Below, piece after piece: positions 38,240 to 48,039 of a DNA stretch of 64,000 bases. A program made the position numbers and the translations under genes. The notes beneath the pieces were generated by a model, which worked only from the letters and a program-made list of their open reading frames with translations, searched no databases and was not told where the DNA came from. This DNA is from an uncultured Fidelibacterota bacterium (GTDB lineage Bacteria; Fidelibacterota; Marinisomatia; Marinisomatales; TCS55), in assembly GCA_902615915.1 (NCBI GenBank), contig CACMQQ010000007.1, positions 2,836 to 66,835 of the forward strand, read 5' to 3'. Every line of letters begins with the position of its first letter. Position 1 is the stretch's first letter.

Positions 38240-38851
38240 TTATTTTTTTGCAAATTTTATTGAACAACCAAGAGCTTTGGTTTCGGATATTTTTATTTTC
38301 TTATCACTTCCAACCGCTTTAATGGCATCCACAAGGTAAGTTTTCTTCACTTTATTTGGCCTTCTAGCATTATCATCAATCGCTCCTCTATAAACTAGCT
38401 TTCCATCGCTATTGAAAAGATAAATATGTGGTGTGCTGGTTGCACCAAAAGCTCTAGCTATTTCAGAATTTTTATCCACTGTGTAAAGAAAGTCATGATC
38501 ATATTTTTTTGAAAACTCTTTCATGTCATCAAGGCCTTCACCAATTTTCTCTCTATTCCTAGAATTTGGATTTATAGTGATAAAGCCAATATTATTGGCT
38601 AAGCTTAGATCGGAAAGCTGATTATACCTATCTTGCCATGCAATGACCCATGGACAGGTATTGCAGGAAAAATTGACCAAAAGGCCATTCTCCATCTTAA
38701 CTTCATTCAAACTTACTTTCTTGCCTGAAATGTCGACCATTTTAACATCTCCCATAGGAATATCAGAACCTAGTTTTAGTTCTTCAGAAATCGCTACAGA
38801 AAAAGCAAGGATTAAAAATGGTTTAAAAATATTTTTCATATTTAACTCCAA
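38240..38851 (-). CDS. thioredoxin-fold redoxin (AhpC/TSA-like)
   Basis: It has a signal peptide, the active site FSCNTCPW (CxxC), and TPHIYLFNSDGKLVYRGAIDDN. Confidence 0.75.
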   Translation of the reverse strand: MELNMKNIFKPFLILAFSVAISEELKLGSDIPMGDVKMVDISGKKVSLNEVKMENGLLVNFSCNTCPWVIAWQDRYNQLSDLSLANNIGFITINPNSRNREKIGEGLDDMKEFSKKYDHDFLYTVDKNSEIARAFGATSTPHIYLFNSDGKLVYRGAIDDNARRPNKVKKTYLVDAIKAVGSDKKIKISETKALGCSIKFAKK

Positions 38852-38887
38852 TATTATGGTTATAAAAAATTAAGCATAAAAAATAAC

Positions 38888-39841
38888 TTATGCAGTTATC
38901 TGTTTTATAATAGTTGAGCTCACATTGCCTCCACATATTACTATTACTACGTCCATGCCTTTGAGATGTTCTTTCTTTTTTAAAAACCCAGCAACCGCTG
39001 CTCCCGCAGCTCCCTCAACCAAACAATGTTCAAAATCAATACAGGTTATCATTCCAGCTTTAATCTCTTCTTCGGTTACAGTAATGAATTCATCAATGAA
39101 CTCATTGCAATAATCAAACGTGATGGAACCAGATTCAACACCCCCTGCAGTGCCATCAGCCAGTGTAAGTTGTGATTGTAAGTCTGTAATTTGACCATTC
39201 TTAATTGATTCATGCATAACACAAGAATTTATTGGAGAAACTCCAAATATGTTGATTTCTCTTTTTAAAGATTTTAAATATCCCCCAACTCCAGAAATAA
39301 GACCTCCTCCTCCCACACTAATAAATATTGCATCAATAATATCTAAATCTTGGTCAATTTCATATCCAACTGTACCTTGACCAAAAATTACATCCATGTC
39401 ATTGTAAGGAGAAATGTAGGAGAAACCATGCTCAATGGAAAGAGCTTTGGCATGCATTTCTGTCTCTACACAATCATTTCCATAATATTTAACATCCGCT
39501 CCATAGAGTTTAATTTTATCAATTTTATTTTGGTGGGCATTCTTTGGAACATATATAGATCCATCTACCCCTTTTAATGACATAGCCAATGAACACGCTG
39601 CTCCGTGATTTCCGGTTGATGCGGTAATAACTTTTTTTGGATTTTTAGACATCGCTAATGAACTGATCTTACTCATTGCGCCTCTAAACTTAAAAGATCC
39701 TGTTTTTTGAATGTTTTCCAATTTTAAATAAACATTACCATCAATTATTTTGCTTAAATAGGGGGAATATTGAAGGGGGGTATGATTTATGAAGCGTGCT
39801 ATTGTTTCTGCAGTATTTTTAATATTTTTTTCAAAATTCAT
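38888..39841 (-). CDS. PLP-dependent serine/threonine dehydratase-like enzyme
   Basis: The PLP-lysine motif is QKTGSFKFRGA and the Gly-rich loop is VGGGGLISG. Length is 317 aa. Confidence 0.8.
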   Translation of the reverse strand: MNFEKNIKNTAETIARFINHTPLQYSPYLSKIIDGNVYLKLENIQKTGSFKFRGAMSKISSLAMSKNPKKVITASTGNHGAACSLAMSLKGVDGSIYVPKNAHQNKIDKIKLYGADVKYYGNDCVETEMHAKALSIEHGFSYISPYNDMDVIFGQGTVGYEIDQDLDIIDAIFISVGGGGLISGVGGYLKSLKREINIFGVSPINSCVMHESIKNGQITDLQSQLTLADGTAGGVESGSITFDYCNEFIDEFITVTEEEIKAGMITCIDFEHCLVEGAAGAAVAGFLKKKEHLKGMDVVIVICGGNVSSTIIKQITA

Positions 39842-40953
39842 TAGAGCCTTTTAAGCACTGGTGATATGATCTCCAAAGCAGATATTAAATCTTTTTCTTT
39901 AGCTCCATAACCAAATCGTAAGTAATGATCATATCCGTACCAATCACCAGCTACCAACAATACACTTACTTCATTTCTAATTCTATCAACTAATTTTGTG
40001 GAATTGATATTCCAGTCATAATTGACAAATATCATGGCACCAGCTTTCGGTTCAATATATTTGAATTTATCATTGAATTGCTCAGACCAGTCCTTGAATA
40101 TTGAAAGATTCTTATTAAGAGAGGATCGTGTTTTGTTTAGAATAGCTGATCTATTTTCTTTGCGAAGTACATATGATGCTATCACATCACTTAATCGACC
40201 TATTGCTATACTTGTATAGTCATGATTCGCCCAACAATTTTTAATGAATTTCTCATTAGAAATTGTCCAACCAACACGCAAGCCAGGCAATCCGTATGCC
40301 TTGGATAGTCCACAATTAATTATCTTTTTATCATATGACAAACTCCAAAAACTTTCACATTCTTGACCGTCAAGCTCAGAACCTCTGTAAACTTCATCAG
40401 CTAAGATCCACGCTCCCACCTTTTCCGCAACAGAGCCAATCTCATTAATTGATTGCTTATCTAATACGGAACCAGTGGGATTATTGGGATTGCAGATTGT
40501 TATGAGCTTTGTTTTATCAGTTACGCTGTCTTCAAGCTCTTGTATGTTAATTTTCCAGTCAGTGGTCTCATTGTTATTTATTGTTTTGATATTAGCACCC
40601 AAGGCTTTAGCAAGTCCGTGGATTTGCATATAGTTAGGCAAAACACAGATGACTTCATCATTGGGTTCAATTAAAGTCATCAATGCAACAAAATTAGCTT
40701 CCGATGAACCGTTGTAAACCTGAATATTGTCAGGCTTTGAGCCTTTATAAATTTTTGAAATAACACTTCTAAGTTCAGGAGAACCCTCAGTATGGCCGTA
40801 AGTAAGTTCGGTATTTTCAATTATATCTATCATTTCAGAATCAAATAATGATTTAATTGATCCTGGGTGAACACCACTTTCCGATAAATTGTACTTTACT
40901 TTTCCTTCCCATATAGACTGTTGTCTTTCCAGTGTGAACTCTTCAATTTTCAT
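39841..40953 (-). CDS. class I/II PLP-dependent aminotransferase
   Basis: 370 aa with NPNNPTG and LSKAYGLPGLRVGW (PLP-Lys region). Confidence 0.85.
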   Translation of the reverse strand: MKIEEFTLERQQSIWEGKVKYNLSESGVHPGSIKSLFDSEMIDIIENTELTYGHTEGSPELRSVISKIYKGSKPDNIQVYNGSSEANFVALMTLIEPNDEVICVLPNYMQIHGLAKALGANIKTINNNETTDWKINIQELEDSVTDKTKLITICNPNNPTGSVLDKQSINEIGSVAEKVGAWILADEVYRGSELDGQECESFWSLSYDKKIINCGLSKAYGLPGLRVGWTISNEKFIKNCWANHDYTSIAIGRLSDVIASYVLRKENRSAILNKTRSSLNKNLSIFKDWSEQFNDKFKYIEPKAGAMIFVNYDWNINSTKLVDRIRNEVSVLLVAGDWYGYDHYLRFGYGAKEKDLISALEIISPVLKRL

Positions 40954-40965
40954 AAATTTAAAAAC

Positions 40966-41451
40966 CTATAGATTTAAAGCGCTTATTATTTCATTTTCAA
41001 AAAATTCCTTATCTTTCTTTCCTTCCCACGCTGAAACAACGTTTCCTTTTTTATCGTAGACAAGGGTAAAAGGAATTGCGCCTGACCAATTTTCATCAAT
41101 TGCATTAATGAAATCATTATCGTTACCTTCCTCTTTTAGGAATGAAATACCTGAAACACCTTGAGAAGATAAAAAACTTATAACTTCTTTAGTCATATCC
41201 TCCCAATCAGCGCTAACAAAATATACAGCAAGATTTTTTTCACGATACTGATTTGATAAATCAACGATCATGGGAAATTCTTCAATACAAGGGCCACACG
41301 TTGTAGCCCAAAAATTTATCAAAACCACATCAGAGTCTTGATGGATTCTAACTTGGGAAAATAAATCCTCAGCATTTATGATTTTCAAATCAATATCGTG
41401 CTTGCTACAAACTGTGAATAAAATCATGATAATTAAAAATAATTTTTTCAT
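40966..41451 (-). CDS. TlpA-like periplasmic thiol:disulfide oxidoreductase
   Basis: It has a signal peptide and WATTCGPCIEEFP (the WCxxC motif). Confidence 0.85.
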   Translation of the reverse strand: MKKLFLIIMILFTVCSKHDIDLKIINAEDLFSQVRIHQDSDVVLINFWATTCGPCIEEFPMIVDLSNQYREKNLAVYFVSADWEDMTKEVISFLSSQGVSGISFLKEEGNDNDFINAIDENWSGAIPFTLVYDKKGNVVSAWEGKKDKEFFENEIISALNL

Positions 41452-41454
41452 TCT

Positions 41455-43980
41455 CTAGCTCCCTACTAAAAAAACAGCATTGCCAAAAAGCAACTTACCG
41501 TTATACCAAAATCCACGAAAAAGTGGATTATCTACCATATATACGACGCTACCCCGTCCAATCTCCTCTACACCAAACACCAATGACTCTCTAAAATTCT
41601 GCTTAGCTTTGAACCCTACAAAACCACTGACTATCGATGTTGAATCTTGCGTTGTTCCAACATTCCAACCCGATTCTAAGTAAGCATAGCGGCGATTCCT
41701 TAGCTTTAATGATAGGTATTCTTTGTCATATCCAAAACCCAATGGATGTGAATTATCCATCCTCAATCTAACAATAGCACCATAAGCATTTTCGCTTAAA
41801 TTATTTCTTTGTCTGTCTTTATACAAATTTAGACGTTCAGACATTTTTATAGATTTTTCTTTTTCTTCCTTTTTTTTCTTTTCTTCATCGGTAGCGAATT
41901 TTTTTAATCCAAATCCTTTTTTATCCACAAATGCATTTATTGCTCCATCCATTAGAATCAATTTTCCTCCAGACCTAACCCATATACGAAGATCATCTCT
42001 TAGTTCATTATTTATGTAACTATGATTACCGCTGGGCAGTATGATAACATCAAAATTATGCTTTGGGATTCCAGAAAAGTAGTCCGATCCAATGACCGAT
42101 ACAGGAAATTCAATTTGCCTTTCAAAAAAGTGCCATACTTCTCCAAAACTGTAACTGCTGACCCCGTTTCCTGAAATTATACCAATCTTTGGTTTTCTAA
42201 TGACTCGCATTGATGAAGAGCCAAAGTCTTTTCCTTTGGATACAAACCCTGATTCAACAGAAGTAATAGGACGATTGAATTTGTTAGCTGCCTTTTTTAT
42301 AATATCGTCAAACTGATCGCCTAAATTTTCGTTGCTTTTTCGAGTCAAGATGATCGTACCTCTATCAAATCTTTTTTTCTTGATCTCAAAAGGTTCAACA
42401 GAAACCCTTGCTACAATATTATGTTGATAGATTTCTGATAGAAACCTTATATCGTCAATTCCACCCCAGGGCAATATATAAGCATAGGGATTTGAATTTA
42501 ATTTATCTCTTTTTGAAAAATATCGCTGACTATCGGTTGTCTTGATTGTGCTTTTAGTTGCATAAGCTTGAAGTCCATAAACATAAGGAACAGACCAAGC
42601 AGTTATATCATAGGTCATCGTGTCTTCTAAGAACGTATTGGGTTCAAATAGAACATGCACAAGGATCGACTTTGGTTGGTTAGATGATATAACAAGATCA
42701 CCCTTTTTTACCTTTATAAGATCTGTTAAACCGTTTTGATAGTTAAATGCTCTAAATGAACGGGTCTCATCCGATGTTCTGTGTTCTATCCCATTATTAT
42801 CTAACCAGCTTTTCAAATGATTCAATTTATCTGTTGGATTCGATCTTGTGATGACATAGGATTTAAACGTATCAACGAGCTCTTTTCTGTTTGGATTGAA
42901 AAAATCTGAAAATTCATTGACCATCTTCTCAACATTCTTTGATGCAACTTCTATTGTTGAAAGACCGGTAGTATAATGATGTTCTAATCTATCCGCTAAA
43001 GTCAAAGTATCCCCGTCTTCAGTTTCAATTGCTAAACCCCCTCTGCTATGACCTGCTTGCTCGTAGGTCATTCCGATAGCACCATTGTAAGTAGGGTAAG
43101 TATCGCCATAACTAGGATACAAGAGATCAAAAGATTCTTTTGTAAAATAGAGCCAGTTGTTTCTATCAAAATATTTTGCGTGATTTAATCCAATAGTCTT
43201 CTGGAAATCTCTTTGCCAGTCTGTTATATATTGATGCAAGGGTTTCGCAGCGGGTGCGAAAAAGTATGGACTATTATATCCTTGTTCGTGAAAATCTACA
43301 TGAATATGAGGTAGCCACTCATTATACTTAATAATTCGTTGTTGCGATTCAATTTGCGTTTGCCATGCCCAATCCCGATTAAGATCAAAATAATAATGAT
43401 TAGTTCTTCCTCCGGGCCACGGCTCCATATGCTCCCGACCAAGCGGATCAGCGTCTGGCCATCGATTTGCAGTCATTCTATACCAATTTGCATATCGATC
43501 TCGTCCATCAGGATTAACAGATGGGTCAATGATTACGACCGTATTTTTAAGCCATTCTTGCGTGGTTATGTTCGATTTGTCAGCAAGCGCGTGCAAGGTT
43601 TTCATAGCAGCCTCTGTAGAGTTTGCTTCATTTCCATGAACATTATAGCTTAACCATACAATTCCAACTTTCTTGGTTTTTGTTGAACCTTTGATAATAC
43701 CTGCTCTAGTTAAATTGTCCTTTCGTATCTGTTCTAATTTGTCCATGTTATCAACACTAGAAATAAAAGCAAGCATCAACGGTCTACCCTCGTAGGTTTT
43801 CCCATATTCAATAATCTTTACATTTGGTTCATTTTGTGAAACATGAAAAAGATAGTCAACAACCAAATGATGAGGGGTGAACTTGTCCCCGAGTTTGTAA
43901 CCCAAAAAATCAGAGGGAGGCAAAAGTGTATTTGCTCTTACAAAACACACCATTGTAGATAATAAATAAAGAATTCTCAT
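41455..43980 (-). CDS. M14-family zinc carboxypeptidase, large secreted form
   Basis: 841 aa with a signal peptide. It has the HGNE zinc motif (NVHGNEANSTEA) and later DFHEQG. The long C-terminal extension has no T9SS tail. Confidence 0.8.
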   Translation of the reverse strand: MRILYLLSTMVCFVRANTLLPPSDFLGYKLGDKFTPHHLVVDYLFHVSQNEPNVKIIEYGKTYEGRPLMLAFISSVDNMDKLEQIRKDNLTRAGIIKGSTKTKKVGIVWLSYNVHGNEANSTEAAMKTLHALADKSNITTQEWLKNTVVIIDPSVNPDGRDRYANWYRMTANRWPDADPLGREHMEPWPGGRTNHYYFDLNRDWAWQTQIESQQRIIKYNEWLPHIHVDFHEQGYNSPYFFAPAAKPLHQYITDWQRDFQKTIGLNHAKYFDRNNWLYFTKESFDLLYPSYGDTYPTYNGAIGMTYEQAGHSRGGLAIETEDGDTLTLADRLEHHYTTGLSTIEVASKNVEKMVNEFSDFFNPNRKELVDTFKSYVITRSNPTDKLNHLKSWLDNNGIEHRTSDETRSFRAFNYQNGLTDLIKVKKGDLVISSNQPKSILVHVLFEPNTFLEDTMTYDITAWSVPYVYGLQAYATKSTIKTTDSQRYFSKRDKLNSNPYAYILPWGGIDDIRFLSEIYQHNIVARVSVEPFEIKKKRFDRGTIILTRKSNENLGDQFDDIIKKAANKFNRPITSVESGFVSKGKDFGSSSMRVIRKPKIGIISGNGVSSYSFGEVWHFFERQIEFPVSVIGSDYFSGIPKHNFDVIILPSGNHSYINNELRDDLRIWVRSGGKLILMDGAINAFVDKKGFGLKKFATDEEKKKKEEKEKSIKMSERLNLYKDRQRNNLSENAYGAIVRLRMDNSHPLGFGYDKEYLSLKLRNRRYAYLESGWNVGTTQDSTSIVSGFVGFKAKQNFRESLVFGVEEIGRGSVVYMVDNPLFRGFWYNGKLLFGNAVFLVGS

Positions 43981-44012
43981 CGATGAACCTATTTAATAAT
44001 GAAAAATGTATA

Positions 44013-44777
44013 TTAAAACTTAATTAAAAAAACACTCATAAGAAGACGAATTGCAATAAGTGTTAAGACTAATTTAAATATAGTTTTAAATATTTTCTCT
44101 GGTATTTTACCTAACATCGATTTGCCAAAGTTCGTTCCAATGTATACAGCTGAAATTAATGGCAATAATACTCTCCAATCTGAAAGGTAGGTGACATTGA
44201 AAAAATAATAAAAGATAGGAATTTTCAAAAAATGACCCAAGGCCTGACAAGCCGCCTTAGTTCCAATGATTGTTTCTTTTGATATTTTTTCAGCTAAAAA
44301 CAATGGAGCAATCAGTGGTCCTGCAGCGCCAACAAAAACGGTTACAAGGCCGCTAAAAAAACCCATTACTTGAAATGCATTTTTAATAATAGGCTTATCT
44401 TTTTTTCGAAGATACAAGAACCATATTATGTATACACCAATTAAAGGTTTCAAGATGTCTACCTTAAATTCCGATCCCGATCCAACCTTAAAGAAATTTA
44501 TCAGAGTAACTATTGCGGCAATAGATGAAAATAGTCCAAAAAACAGTCCCTTCGAATAGCGAGAAAATATTTTTTTGTCTATATCATTCCTAAAGACATA
44601 TGTCCTAGTAATATTACTTACAAACTGAATAATACCATGATAGGCGACCACAAGAAACCCATCGGGCATGATAATGGCCATAATACCAAGTAAAGTGATA
44701 CCTCCTCCCATTCCAATAATTGCAGATAAAAAAGAGGTAAAGAAAGCTGCTATGACTAAAAATAAATTTTCAGTCAT
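44013..44777 (-). CDS. TauE/SafE family anion exporter
   Basis: 254 aa and polytopic, with GMGGGI near the N-terminus and the duplicated 4-TM architecture typical of TauE. Confidence 0.7.
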   Translation of the reverse strand: MTENLFLVIAAFFTSFLSAIIGMGGGITLLGIMAIIMPDGFLVVAYHGIIQFVSNITRTYVFRNDIDKKIFSRYSKGLFFGLFSSIAAIVTLINFFKVGSGSEFKVDILKPLIGVYIIWFLYLRKKDKPIIKNAFQVMGFFSGLVTVFVGAAGPLIAPLFLAEKISKETIIGTKAACQALGHFLKIPIFYYFFNVTYLSDWRVLLPLISAVYIGTNFGKSMLGKIPEKIFKTIFKLVLTLIAIRLLMSVFLIKF

Positions 44778-44790
44778 GAACTTTCAAAAA

Positions 44791-45564
44791 TTATGATTGG
44801 GCTCGAGTAAAAACCGGATTTAAAGGAGAAGAAAGCTGATCATTGTATTGATATCCAGCATAATCAAATTGCAAAATTTTAGACGGTTCTTGGATTTTAT
44901 TTTTTATAATGAATCTTGCCATCATACCTCTCGCCTTTTTTGCATTAAAGGATATTATCTTATAGTTCCCATTCTTGAGTTCTTTGAAATGAGGTGTAAT
45001 GACGTCAGCTTTAAGTGAAGTATTGTTCAAAGATTTAAAATACTCAACAGAAGCACAATTTATCAAAACCTTCGCTGAATGACTTTTTAATTCGTTTGTA
45101 ATGAACTTAGATAAAGTATCGCCCCAAAATTGATATAAACTATCGCCTTTATCATTCTTTAATTTTGTACCCATCTCGAGTCGATAAGGTAATATCAAAT
45201 CAAGAGGTTTTAAAACACCATACAGTCCAGATAATATTCGAGTATTCTTTTGGGCAAAAGTTATTTCGCCGCTGCTAAGATCTTCAGTGTTCAGTCCTGA
45301 ATAGGTGTCACCCTGAAAATGATAAATTGCTTCCTTTGCACTACTTTCCTCTACCGGTAATTTCCAATTTTGAAATCGCTCCCAGTTCAATACGGATAGT
45401 TTATCGCTAATTCCCATTAAATTTTGAAGATCGATAGGCTTCTTGCTTCTCAAAATGTCTACCAATGCCTGAGATTCATTTAAAAATGTTGGAGTGGTGT
45501 AGTTTTGCGTCCTAGCAAAGCACTCGTTTGATAATTTTTTAGCTGGTGATAATATAGTTAGCAT
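44791..45564 (-). CDS. yaaA: peroxide stress protein YaaA (DUF328)
   Basis: It starts MLTILSPAKKL, with later YRLEMGTKL and GMMARFI motifs. Length is 257 aa. Confidence 0.85.
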   Translation of the reverse strand: MLTILSPAKKLSNECFARTQNYTTPTFLNESQALVDILRSKKPIDLQNLMGISDKLSVLNWERFQNWKLPVEESSAKEAIYHFQGDTYSGLNTEDLSSGEITFAQKNTRILSGLYGVLKPLDLILPYRLEMGTKLKNDKGDSLYQFWGDTLSKFITNELKSHSAKVLINCASVEYFKSLNNTSLKADVITPHFKELKNGNYKIISFNAKKARGMMARFIIKNKIQEPSKILQFDYAGYQYNDQLSSPLNPVFTRAQS

Positions 45565-45594
45565 TGTGTTCCTTAATAAATTTAAAAAAAATAT

Positions 45595-46326
45595 TCAATC
45601 TTCAAAAATAGAATCTTTTATTCCTCGATTAACTCTGTATTTTGCATAATTGACAGAGATCAATCCCTTTACCATGTCGCTTTCAATGTTCATATTATGA
45701 TTGTTGCCCATAATGGTTCCAATATCCTTGTTAATCCATTTAGAAAGGCGAGCATCTTTCACGTAATATTCTACCGTAGATCTTATTGGCATGTAAAAAG
45801 AATCATCAACTACATCGTAAAAATTATTTATTTCCATAATCTTCACAGTATCAATCTTCGTTAATACTTGCGTTATGACCCAATTTTGAGTGTCAACTTT
45901 CACATCAACTGTGGGTTTGAAAGTTAGCCTTGCATATTCATTTGGCACATCAAGTGCCAAGCTATCTAGAACTAAATCACCTACCAACATTATTTCATTA
46001 GGGTTAGTTCTTGAAAGATCTTTTGAAAATCTAATATTCGACAAATTACTAAAGTTTTCTAGAGGAGATGTAAACATTCCTGTTTTTGGCAATAAACCGA
46101 ACCCTCTGCTTTTTACTTTTATCTTGTCTGGTTGCTTAAAATAGACTTTGTATTTTTTTTTTGGCATTCTAAAAGCAGGAATAGCAATTGAAATAACCAT
46201 GTCCACCTGGTAATTATTTATTTCCCTAAACTGGTCATCCGTTTTTTTTATGATGTATTCTGGATTTTTATTGCTCAATGCATTTGAATTAGCTAGCAGA
46301 AACAAAAATAGAATTTTAAAAATCAT
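45595..46326 (-). CDS. LolA-like / outer-membrane lipoprotein-sorting-like exported protein
   Basis: 243 aa with a signal peptide. The beta-rich sequence has a layout similar to LolA-like domains (weak match, by eye). It overlaps the ABC-2 permease by 4 nt. Confidence 0.4.
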   Translation of the reverse strand: MIFKILFLFLLANSNALSNKNPEYIIKKTDDQFREINNYQVDMVISIAIPAFRMPKKKYKVYFKQPDKIKVKSRGFGLLPKTGMFTSPLENFSNLSNIRFSKDLSRTNPNEIMLVGDLVLDSLALDVPNEYARLTFKPTVDVKVDTQNWVITQVLTKIDTVKIMEINNFYDVVDDSFYMPIRSTVEYYVKDARLSKWINKDIGTIMGNNHNMNIESDMVKGLISVNYAKYRVNRGIKDSIFED

Positions 46327-47162
46327 GATAATATCTCTTTTTTATTAAAAAGATAAAAAGCTGATATTGTAAAAATTCCGGACCAAATTAAACATACAAA
46401 TGTTGCTTCAATAATAACTTCCCATGGAACTGGATCAAAAAATGCAGCTAAAAATAAGTCAATATATCCAGTAAATAAAAAAGGATTTATAGCCTCAAAC
46501 AGTGGAATGGGTATGAAACTTATCGCAGATCCTATAAAAACAGCGCTTATAGTGATAATTATAGGGGTAACACTATTTTTATATATTGTTGATAACATAA
46601 AACAAAGGCTGCTCGTAGCGATCATTACTAGGGTAGAGACTATAAAGGCAATAAAAAATCTCCACAGGATGTCTTCTTGAGGCAAGAACAGTAGACCTTT
46701 GTGAAAAACTGCTAGATCTCCCACTCCCAACATTAAACATCCTATTATCAGCGTATAGAAAACAAAGAATAACATCATCAGGATAGTATAGATTTGAACT
46801 ATGATAAATTTTGAGAATAAAATCTTGTTTCTTGAAACAGATCTTGATAGATACATTCTGAATGTGCCCTTAGAATACTCTCCAGAAACGATTTCTGAAG
46901 CAACTATTGTTGATAAAAAGGGCATTTGACTGATTAAAATAGCAATAATGAGGTAGCTTGATAAATATCCGTTTGTTATGGAGCCTATTACAATAAATGA
47001 ATCTTTTAACTGTCCATAAATTCGACTCTCCATATATTCAGCACCATCTCCTATGGCTAAAATTATCAGTGGCACTAAAAAAGTTAACAGGACGAAACTA
47101 ATGTAGGTCCTTTTTTTATATAATGCCTTAATGGCTTCATTGGTCAAAATATTTTTAAGCAT
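46323..47162 (-). CDS. ABC-2 type transporter permease
   Basis: 279 aa with about 6 TM segments. It overlaps the upstream ATPase by 8 nt. Confidence 0.7.
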   Translation of the reverse strand: MLKNILTNEAIKALYKKRTYISFVLLTFLVPLIILAIGDGAEYMESRIYGQLKDSFIVIGSITNGYLSSYLIIAILISQMPFLSTIVASEIVSGEYSKGTFRMYLSRSVSRNKILFSKFIIVQIYTILMMLFFVFYTLIIGCLMLGVGDLAVFHKGLLFLPQEDILWRFFIAFIVSTLVMIATSSLCFMLSTIYKNSVTPIIITISAVFIGSAISFIPIPLFEAINPFLFTGYIDLFLAAFFDPVPWEVIIEATFVCLIWSGIFTISAFYLFNKKEILS

Positions 47163-48030
47163 AAAAAAATTGTATCAAAGGGGATTCTCTTTGTATTGAT
47201 TTTACAGAATTAGTTTTATCTTTAACTATATCAAACTTTATATCATTTTTTTTAATATTTTGAGATACTATTATCGAGTTTTTCTGCTTGTAGATTATAT
47301 CTATGCTTTTCTGCTCTTTGATAAATTTTACTGCATCATTCAGGTGAGAAGTTTCCAATCGATAAAATCTTTTTTCATTATGCAAAGTCTCCATTGGTGA
47401 TGATTTTAATAATTTTCCATTTTTTATAATTGCAACATCAGAACATAATCGATCTACCTCATTCAAAGAATGCGTAGATATACAAATAGTCTTTCCCTTA
47501 TCTTTTAAATGAAAAAGAATATCTGCAATTTGATTGATTCCAAAAGGATCAAGTCCATTATTTGGCTCATCAAGGATAAGCACTTGAGGATCATGCAATA
47601 AAGCCTGGGCTATCCCTAATCGTTGCTTCATTCCATATGAAAAATGAGAAACTTTATCTTCAGACCTGTGTAAAAGATTTACGAGGTCTAAAAGCTCGTT
47701 GATAATGCGAAAATCAGTTCCTGTTAATCGACACAAAATCTCAAGATTTTTTCTTGCGCTTAGATATTCATAAAAGCATGGTGACTCAATTATAAAGCCA
47801 AAGTGATTTAAATAACTCTTATCAGAGTTTAGTTTTTTATTTTTGAATTTTATTTCTCCATCCCATTCAGTAATTAGGTTTGCGAGTATTCGCATAAGAG
47901 TTGATTTTCCGCTACCATTGGGCCCTAAAAGACCAAAAATTGCATTTTCTGGAATATTAAAGGAGATATTATCTAAAGCTTTATTTTTATCAAATTGTTT
48001 TGAGATATTTTTGAATTCAAGCATAAGCAA
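47155..48030 (-). CDS. ABC transporter ATP-binding protein (ABC-2/DrrA type)
   Basis: Walker A is GPNGSGKST, the signature is FSYGMKQR, Walker B is LILDEP and the H-loop is ISTH. Confidence 0.9.
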   Translation of the reverse strand: MLMLEFKNISKQFDKNKALDNISFNIPENAIFGLLGPNGSGKSTLMRILANLITEWDGEIKFKNKKLNSDKSYLNHFGFIIESPCFYEYLSARKNLEILCRLTGTDFRIINELLDLVNLLHRSEDKVSHFSYGMKQRLGIAQALLHDPQVLILDEPNNGLDPFGINQIADILFHLKDKGKTICISTHSLNEVDRLCSDVAIIKNGKLLKSSPMETLHNEKRFYRLETSHLNDAVKFIKEQKSIDIIYKQKNSIIVSQNIKKNDIKFDIVKDKTNSVKSIQRESPLIQFFYA

Positions 48031-48039
48031 TCGAAATAT

